Source: Vicinamibacterales bacterium
GTDB lineage: Bacteria > Acidobacteriota > Vicinamibacteria > Vicinamibacterales > CAZQMT01
Direction: 5' to 3'
Length of the DNA: 64,000 nucleotides
Assembly: GCA_965197935.1 (NCBI GenBank)
Contig: CBDAOD010000002.1
Location: 1,809,185-1,873,184 of the forward strand
Positions 57,922-64,000 of the stretch are shown piece by piece (positions within the stretch are counted from its first letter, which is position 1; the number at the start of each line of letters is the position of its first letter). The position numbers and the translations under genes were made by a program. A model generated the notes under the pieces. The model was not told where the DNA came from. It saw only the letters and a list, made by a program, of their open reading frames with translations, and searched no databases.

Positions 57922-58356
57922 ATGAAAACAGTGTTGTTCGCCTGCGTGCACAACGCGGGGCGTTCGCAGATGGCGGCCGCCCTCTTCAATGCCGGCGCCG
58001 ACCCGGTCCTGGCTCTGGCGATCTCGGCGGGAACCGAACCGGCGCCGAGCGTGCATCCGGTAGTGATCGAGGCCATGGGGGAGGTCGGAATCGACCTGAG
58101 CCACGCGGCCCCTCGCCGGCTCACCGACGAGCTGGCCGCGACGGTTCAGGTACTGGTCACGATGGGGTGCGGTGAGGTCTGTCCGACGGTGCCCGGGGTG
58201 CGCCGCGAAGACTGGCCGCTCGCGGATCCGAAAGGCCAGTCGATCGACGACGTCCGCCGCATTCGACAGCAGATCCGATCCCGGGTCGACGCCCTGATCG
58301 CCGCAGAAGGCTGGGCGCAGCCCCGCCGGACGGACACCCTGGGGCGACCGCGTTGA
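57922..58356 (+). CDS. arsC: arsenate reductase, LMW-PTPase type
   Basis: CVHNAGRS P-loop, a later GCGE.CP Cys pair and the DP(K/A)G motif. 144 aa. Confidence 0.85.
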   Translation: MKTVLFACVHNAGRSQMAAALFNAGADPVLALAISAGTEPAPSVHPVVIEAMGEVGIDLSHAAPRRLTDELAATVQVLVTMGCGEVCPTVPGVRREDWPLADPKGQSIDDVRRIRQQIRSRVDALIAAEGWAQPRRTDTLGRPR

Positions 58357-58439
58357 ACTCGGTCGATTCTTCCCCGCCTGATAGTCCGTGGCGCCTGTCT
58401 CCGGCGCCCACTGGCTCACGGAGGGTGAGCGAAACTTAG

Positions 58440-58597
58440 AGTCTCCCTCTGGGATGGGTGAAACCCCTCGCCTTTAGGCGAAGCCTTCAGGAGGCCGCAG
58501 GGCCGGACCTCTTCGGGCTCTGGGACGTGCGCCGTGATAGTCGGCTTCAGCCGACGCGGCGCACTGATTCCCTCGCCTTCAGGCGAGGGAGACTCAA
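58440..58597 (+). mobile_element. 158-bp TSD-less, CTTAG-specific non-autonomous element (copy 2)
   Basis: Interrupts GCGAAACTTAG|TTGGAAATTG, which is uninterrupted in IS256 copy 1 (34496-34516). Confidence 0.85.
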
Positions 58598-58681
58598 TTG
58601 GAAATTGAAACGGCTCCCACACCCTGTGGTTTGATGACGTTAAGCAAAACGGCCATCAACCCACGAGAGAAAGGAGCCGAG

Positions 58682-59960
58682 ATGAGCAGTGTCCTACGTC
58701 CTGTCAGGAAGCGCAAGAAGGGTCGCCAGCTGGGCCGGGTCGAGGTCATCCGGCGCGAGGACTACACCGCGCTGGAGCTGGACGCCAAGGTGGAGCTGAT
58801 CCGCTCGCTGGTCCCGCTGGGCTTGATGCACGTGGAGGAGGTGCTCGACGAGGAGGTAACGGCGCTGGCTGGCGAGCGCTACGCCCGCAAGGCCGCGTCG
58901 ATCGGGGGCCGCCGGCACGGTAGCAACCCTGGGACCGTCGGCCTGGCGGGGCAGCGGGTGCCGATTCGGGTGCCGCGGGTGCGCGGGGTCGCGGGGCGGG
59001 AGATTCCGTTGCGCGCCTACGAGGCGTTGCATGGCGACGGCGCGGTGAATGACCTCCTGCTGAAGCGCGGGCTCTATGGGATCTCGTGTCGCAACTACGA
59101 GGCGGCCGCCGAGGCGATTCCCGGCGCGATCGGGCTGTCGGGGTCGACGGTGTCCCGAGGCTTCATCGAGGCCAGCGCCGCGAAGCTTCACGAGCTCCAG
59201 GAGCGGGACCTGGCCGCTGAGGACGTCGTGGCCATCGTATTGGACGGCAAGACGTTCGCCGAGGCCACAATGGTCATCGCACTGGGCATCACCATTTCTG
59301 GGGCGAAACACTTCCTCGGCTTCGTGGAGACGGACACGGAGAATGAGCGGGTGCTGACGCTGTTCTTGCGGTCGTTGGTCGAGCGGGGCTGGACCTCTCG
59401 CAGGGCCTGCTGGTGATCCTCGACGGCAGCAAGGGGCTGCGGGCAGCCGTCCGGAAGACCTTCCGCCACCGCGCCCTGTCCAACGGTGCCAGTGGCACAA
59501 GCGGGAGAACGTGGTGAGTCACCTGGCCAAGAGCGAACTGGCGGCGTGGCGTCAGCGCCTCCAGCGCGCCTACAACCGGCCGGAGTACGACGAGGCCCTC
59601 ACGGCGCTCAAGACGCTCCAGGGCGAGCTCGACGAACGGAACCAGTCGGCGGCTCGGAGCTTGACAGAAGGTCTGGACGAAACCTTAACGCTGCATCGCC
59701 TCGGGCTGTACGGGGTGCTGGGCCGGTCGCTGAAGACGACGAACTGTCTGGAGTCGGTCAATGCGCTCGTTGAGGAACGCTGTGCGAAGGTTGACCACTG
59801 GCAGAACTCGAGCCAACGCCACCGCTGGCTGGCGACCGCGCTCCTGGACATCGAGCCGCGCCTGCGGAAGCTGATGGGCTACCGCCACCTGCCCACGCTT
59901 CGTGCCGCGTTGAAGCAAGAACTGAAGATCGACACGACGACATCGAAGAAGGCCGCATGA
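58682..59960 (+). pseudogene. IS256-family transposase, two frameshifts
   Basis: Same G4-run shift as copy 1 (59385-59388), plus loss of one G at 59478 (CCCTGTCC versus CCCTGGTCC). Confidence 0.8.
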
Positions 59961-60152
59961 CGAATCCGGAGCCGTAGAGAGTTTCAACTAAGAATGGGCT
60001 TGACTCTGGTTGGCACTCCACCCCCTTCCCGATTACCATGCTACGCAGTTCACCCTCGACGGCGCGCCGCACCCGCGTGAGCCCACGGTGAACGTTCCGG
60101 CGCGGCAACACGCGCCTGATCGCCTCTGACCGCCAGTCAAGGAGCCGCCACC

Positions 60153-61787
60153 ATGCGGGAGATATCGATGAGCCGCGCCGTGCCCCTGCTACTGCTGTGC
60201 TCGGCGCTGTGCGTCCTGCCCGTGCTGGCGCTCGCGGAGGATGACGCCGATGTCACCTGGCGCATCCGGCGCGAGGCCGACGAGCACTCGCAGATCATGC
60301 GGACGCTGCACTTCCTGACCGACGTCTACGGCCCGCGCCTGACCGGGTCTCCGAACCTCGAGGCCGCGGGCCGGTGGGCCATCCAGCAGATGGAGGACTG
60401 GGGGCTCGAGAACGGGCGCCTCGAGCCCTGGGACTTCGGTCATCCGGGGTGGCTGAACGAGCGATTCTCGGGCCACATCCTCACGCCGGTCAAGGACCAG
60501 CTGACCTGCGAGGTCCTGGCCTGGACCCCGAGCACGGACGGCGCCGTGCTCGGCACCACCGTCCTCCTGGAGCTGCCGGAGCAGCCGACGGCGGCCGAGC
60601 TCGACTCGCATCTGGCGCCCCTGGCCGATCGCGTCCGGGGTCGAATCGTCCTGGTCGGTGAGCCGCGCCGTGTCGAGGTCACCTTCAACGCCCCGCCGCT
60701 ACGCCGGGACACCGCCCAGGCGCGGCGGATGTACGACCCGGACAACCCGAACGCCGGCCGGTTCCCACGGCCGCGCCCCCGACAGCCCGAGGAGCGAGAC
60801 GGCGAGCCGGTGCTGACGGCCCGGCAGATCGAGCGAGCGGTCGACGAGTTTCTCGTCTCGGCGGGCGCGCTCGCGCGGGTCAACGACGCCGGCCGGGATC
60901 ACGGGCAGATTCGCGCGTTCCGCAATCGCACCTACGACGTGGCGAAGGTGGTGCCCACGGTCGTAATGCGCAACGAGGACTACGGGCGGATCGTGCGGCT
61001 CATGGGTGACGGCACCCCGGTGGAGCTCGAGCTCGACATCGTCAACCGCGTCTACCCGGAGGGCGCGACCGCGTACAACACGATCGCCGAGATTCCCGGC
61101 ACCGACAGGGCCGAGGAGGTGATCATGCTCGGCGGACACCTCGACTCCTGGCATGCAGGGACGGGCGCGACCGACAACGCCATCGGCGTCGCCGTCATGA
61201 TGGAGGTGGTCAGGATCCTGAAGGCGCTCGACCTGCAGCCCCGGCGGACGATTCGCGTGGCGCTCTGGAGCGGCGAGGAGCAGGGGCTCCTGGGCTCACA
61301 GGCCTACGTCAAGGAGCACTTCGGATCGTTCGAGGAGCCCAAGCCCGCCTACGCCGACTTCGGCGGGTACTTCAACATCGACTCCGGTACCGGCCGGGCG
61401 CGCGGCGCGACGGTCTTCGGTCCGCCGGAAGCGGCGACGATCCTGCGCGCGGCGCTCGACTCGTTCGGGGACCTGGCGTTCATGGGTGCCGTCACGACGC
61501 GGAGCCGGCGGCGGGGCGGTTCGGATCACACCTCGTTCAACGAAGCGGGCCTGCCCGGAATCAGCATGGGCCAGGACCCGATCGAGTACCGCACCTACAC
61601 CTGGCACACCGGCCTCGATACCTACGAGCGGGTCGTCGAGGAAGACGCCAAGGTGTCCGCGACCGTGATCGCCGCCGCCGTCTATCATCTCGCCACCCGC
61701 GAGGACCTGCTGCCACGGCTCGACGCCGAGACGATGCCCGAGCCCCCCGAGCCGCCGGAAACCCCCACGACCACTAGCAGCCCGTGA
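60153..61787 (+). CDS. secreted M28-family aminopeptidase with PA domain
   Basis: Signal peptide. GGHLDSWHAGTGATDNAIG, ALWSGEEQGLLGS and GGSDHTSF metal-ligand motifs. The last three codons and the stop lie inside a MITE fragment. Confidence 0.85.
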   Translation: MREISMSRAVPLLLLCSALCVLPVLALAEDDADVTWRIRREADEHSQIMRTLHFLTDVYGPRLTGSPNLEAAGRWAIQQMEDWGLENGRLEPWDFGHPGWLNERFSGHILTPVKDQLTCEVLAWTPSTDGAVLGTTVLLELPEQPTAAELDSHLAPLADRVRGRIVLVGEPRRVEVTFNAPPLRRDTAQARRMYDPDNPNAGRFPRPRPRQPEERDGEPVLTARQIERAVDEFLVSAGALARVNDAGRDHGQIRAFRNRTYDVAKVVPTVVMRNEDYGRIVRLMGDGTPVELELDIVNRVYPEGATAYNTIAEIPGTDRAEEVIMLGGHLDSWHAGTGATDNAIGVAVMMEVVRILKALDLQPRRTIRVALWSGEEQGLLGSQAYVKEHFGSFEEPKPAYADFGGYFNIDSGTGRARGATVFGPPEAATILRAALDSFGDLAFMGAVTTRSRRRGGSDHTSFNEAGLPGISMGQDPIEYRTYTWHTGLDTYERVVEEDAKVSATVIAAAVYHLATREDLLPRLDAETMPEPPEPPETPTTTSSP

Positions 61788-61825
61788 TGAAAGTCCTGCG
61801 TCGCACCAAGGGAGGCGCTGCGCGT
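61777..61825. repeat. left-end fragment of the 160-bp MITE family
   Basis: TA|GCAGCCCGTGATGAAAGTCCTGCGTCGCACCAAGG matches 25971-26005 at about 31/35 positions. No right end was found. Confidence 0.6.
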
Positions 61826-61870
61826 GCGCGATCCGGTGCGGAGGCGCCGGGCATCGGTGAGTACGACTCT

Positions 61871-62016
61871 GTCGGTTTCGCGTGACACGGGGCGGCGTCC
61901 GCCCAGCAAACCGTGAAGGCGGCCAGCCTCCTGGCGCGTGCGACATTCGTGCGTGAGCCGCCGCACTGTTTTCGGTTTGCAGGGCGGACGCCGCCCCCGT
62001 GTCGCGCGAAACCGAC
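61871..62016. repeat. 146-bp long imperfect palindrome
   Basis: GTCGGTTTCGCGTGACACGGGGCGGCGTCCGCCC (61871-) pairs with GGGCGGACGCCGCCCCCGTGTCGCGCGAAACCGAC (-62016). The arms extend inward (GCAAACCG/CGGTTTGC). Confidence 0.65.
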
Positions 62017-62132
62017 CGCATCACCCCCGGGCTTGCGCTACGGCTCGCGAGGCTTCGTGACAAACCCCTCGAAGCTGCTGGGCTCCGCGGCCATCGCCTC
62101 GACCTCGTCGACCTCGGAAGCTCTCATAAATG

Positions 62133-62750
62133 TCAAGGGGCGCTCGTCGAGCCTCCAACATCGGCGGTGTTGGCCTTCACAAGGGGATAGACCTCACGAG
62201 CGATGTATCGCTTGATGCAGCGGATGGCCTCGAGTTTGGACTTACCGCTGGCGACCTTGCGTTGAGCAAACGCTTGCGTGCGCTCGTCGGTGCGGAGCCG
62301 GCTAATCGTGATCATGTGGAGGGCCCGGTTGGCTTGACGGTCGCCGCCACGGTTGAGGCGGTGGCGATCAGTCTTGCCGGGAGGAGGCGGGCAGCGGCGC
62401 CACCCCGCAGAGCATCGCCCAGGCGGCTTCGGACCGGATGCGCCCGGGGTTGTCGCCGGCGGTGACGAGCAGCTGCCCAGCGGTCTCAATGCCGATGCAC
62501 GGGCGCTCGATGAGTCGCGCGCCGAGGTCGGTGACGAGGGGCTCGATGAGGTCGTCGAGGTCGGCCACTTCGTTGTTGAGCTCCAGGATACGCCGGGCCA
62601 ACGACCGCATCGCGATCCGGGTGGCGGTGGCGGGATGGTCGAAGTCGTCATAGTCGGGCCGCCAGGCCGCGACGGTCCGCAGCAGCTGCATCCGGGTCAG
62701 GGAACGGACCTCGTCGCGGACCTCGTCCGGGGTCCGACGCGCGTCGCCAT
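62133..62750 (-). pseudogene. C-terminal half of an IS110-family transposase, frameshifted and 5'-truncated
   Basis: ...IGIETAGQLLVTAGDNPGRIRSEAAWAMLCGVAPLPASS then a shift to GKTDRHRLNRGGDRQANRALHMI...IKRYIAREVY. The N-terminal DEDD domain is absent. Confidence 0.7.
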
Positions 62751-62759
62751 CTCCACCGT

Positions 62760-62987
62760 CCAGCCACCCGCGCCGGCGCCGACCTCCCCGACCGTCATGC
62801 CCGGTCGAATCGCCAGCGCGTCCGCCAGACGGCCGGCGTCGTCACCCCGGTCCCCGTACCCACCGTGCACCCAGACGGCCACGGAGACCAGCACGACCGT
62901 CGCGACACCGATCGTCAGCCCGCGGCGCATGATGCGACCGTTTGCCCATGGCATCGTGCTGCCCATCCTGCCCCCCCTTGCTCTCAC
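62760..62987 (-). pseudogene. N-terminal fragment of a class I SAM-dependent methyltransferase
   Basis: TM/signal segment, then LAIRPGMTVGEVGAGAGGWTVEMATRVGP (motif I). It runs into IS110-derived sequence. Confidence 0.45.
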
Positions 62988-62991
62988 TTAG

Positions 62992-63149
62992 AGTCTCCCT
63001 CTGGGATGGGTGAAACCCCTCGCCTTTAGGCGAAGCCTTCAGGAGGCCGCAGGGCCGGACCTCTTCGGGCTCTGGGACGTGCGCCGTGATAGTCGGCTTC
63101 AGCCGACGCGGCGCACTGATTCCCTCGCCTTCAGGCGAGGGAGACTCAA
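62992..63149 (+). mobile_element. 158-bp TSD-less, CTTAG-specific non-autonomous element (copy 3)
   Basis: Base-for-base identical to 58440-58597. Preceded by CACTTAG. Confidence 0.8.
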
Positions 63150-63215
63150 TCGAGCGCGGACCAGGTCGGTGTTCCGCGGTGGACGGGCCGCGGGCAGGCC
63201 GGCCAGCACGGGCTG

Positions 63216-64000
63216 CTAGGGCGAGCCGGCGCGGCCGGCGACGAGGGCGCCACCGAGAATGATCAGGTTTCCGACGTCCTCGGTGCCCGGTCCGAGTCCG
63301 TTGCCCTGCATCTCGTTCGTGATGATGTCGAGCCGTCCATCCGCGTCGACGTGCCCGGCAGCGGCGCTGTAGCAGAGCGTGTCACCGGCGTCGGCCCCCT
63401 GGGCGCCGTGCGCGCCGAGGACCTCTGTGATCCGTACGCCGGCGAGGCTGGCGAGGTCGGCCAGGTCGAGGAGCGAGGGCCAGGGAACGCCCTGGCCGTG
63501 GAAGACGTACAGCACGCCGGCATCCCCCCGCCCCAGGGGGTCCGCGTGGGGCGAGCTGAACGCCAGGTCGGCGATGCCGTCGCCATCGAAATCCCCGCTC
63601 GCGGCCGTGTCGGCGGAGATGTCGCCGGCCGCGCCACCGAGGAACGTCGAGATCACGAGTCCGGCGGGCGGCGCGTCGAGGCCGAAGGCCAGCCCCTTGA
63701 GACTGGCCGCCCGGAAGATCACGTGTCCGAGCCCGGACCCCGGCCGATCCTGCGCCGGCGTGCCGTCGCCCACGAGGTCGCCGATGAACAGGTCGGCCGA
63801 GCGGTCGTGGTCGTAGTCGTCCCCGCCGAGGAGCTCCTTCCCGAATCGCACGTTGCCCACCCGGCCATGGATGGTCGTCCACGTGCCTGCCGCCCCGCCC
63901 GCTCGTAACGTCAGCCCGGCCGGCCAGGGATTCACGGCAAAGGTGTCGTCCCAGGCGATGTAGACCGTCCCCCTGGGCGACCCCCCGGCGAAGTGCGCCG
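63216..64000 (-). CDS. FG-GAP/VCBS-repeat protein, 5' part beyond the window
   Basis: Repeated Ca-binding-like DxDGDGxxD motifs (GDFDGDGIADLAF, VDADGRLDIITNE, DHDRSADLFIGD). The frame probably stays open to the window end. Confidence 0.65.
   Translation of the reverse strand, partial: AHFAGGSPRGTVYIAWDDTFAVNPWPAGLTLRAGGAAGTWTTIHGRVGNVRFGKELLGGDDYDHDRSADLFIGDLVGDGTPAQDRPGSGLGHVIFRAASLKGLAFGLDAPPAGLVISTFLGGAAGDISADTAASGDFDGDGIADLAFSSPHADPLGRGDAGVLYVFHGQGVPWPSLLDLADLASLAGVRITEVLGAHGAQGADAGDTLCYSAAAGHVDADGRLDIITNEMQGNGLGPGTEDVGNLIILGGALVAGRAGSP

Larger units (their letters stand above)
58420..60006 (+). mobile_element. IS256-family element, copy 2 (1429 bp plus a 158-bp nested insertion in its left end)
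   Basis: Collinear with 34487-36074. Differs by 2 substitutions, a 1-bp deletion and the position of the nested element. Confidence 0.75.

Overview
High-GC bacterial chromosomal window. My hand counts of 60-nt samples give about 70-78% GC in core genes. I cannot assign a lineage from sequence alone.

Layout:
- 1-21.5 kb is ordinary, well-packed housekeeping and metabolism. It holds the 3' part of a 2-oxoacid:ferredoxin oxidoreductase beta subunit, ndk, dcd, a Rieske/cytochrome b complex operon ending in a 959-aa eight-heme cytochrome c, a pncA-pncB-cobB NAD salvage/sirtuin cluster, and an eight-gene translationally coupled operon of deacylase, transporter, SDR, aminotransferase and amidohydrolase genes.
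- From 21.5 kb onward the window is accessory-like and rich in mobile DNA. There are two IS630-family copies (one frameshifted) and two IS256-family copies. There is also a 5'-truncated IS701-like gene, an IS5-family element, and fragments of IS6, IS110, IstB, a tyrosine recombinase and an rve-type transposase.
- At least three families of small non-coding repeats are present.

Most notable observations:
1. A two-domain rhodanese has its catalytic-Cys codon replaced by an in-frame TGA, followed by a SECIS-like hairpin and 41 further conserved codons. It is a candidate selenoprotein.
2. A 158-bp element occurs in three 100% identical copies. Filled and empty sites inside this same window show insertion exactly 3' of CTTAG with no target duplication. 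Similar subterminal hairpins sit at both ends, which is IS200/IS605-like (PATE-like) behaviour.
3. A 160-bp TA-flanked MITE with 24-bp terminal inverted repeats has partial relatives elsewhere in the window.
4. Frameshifted genes are unusually dense. This is either real decay or homopolymer assembly error.

No rRNA, tRNA or CRISPR array was recognised.
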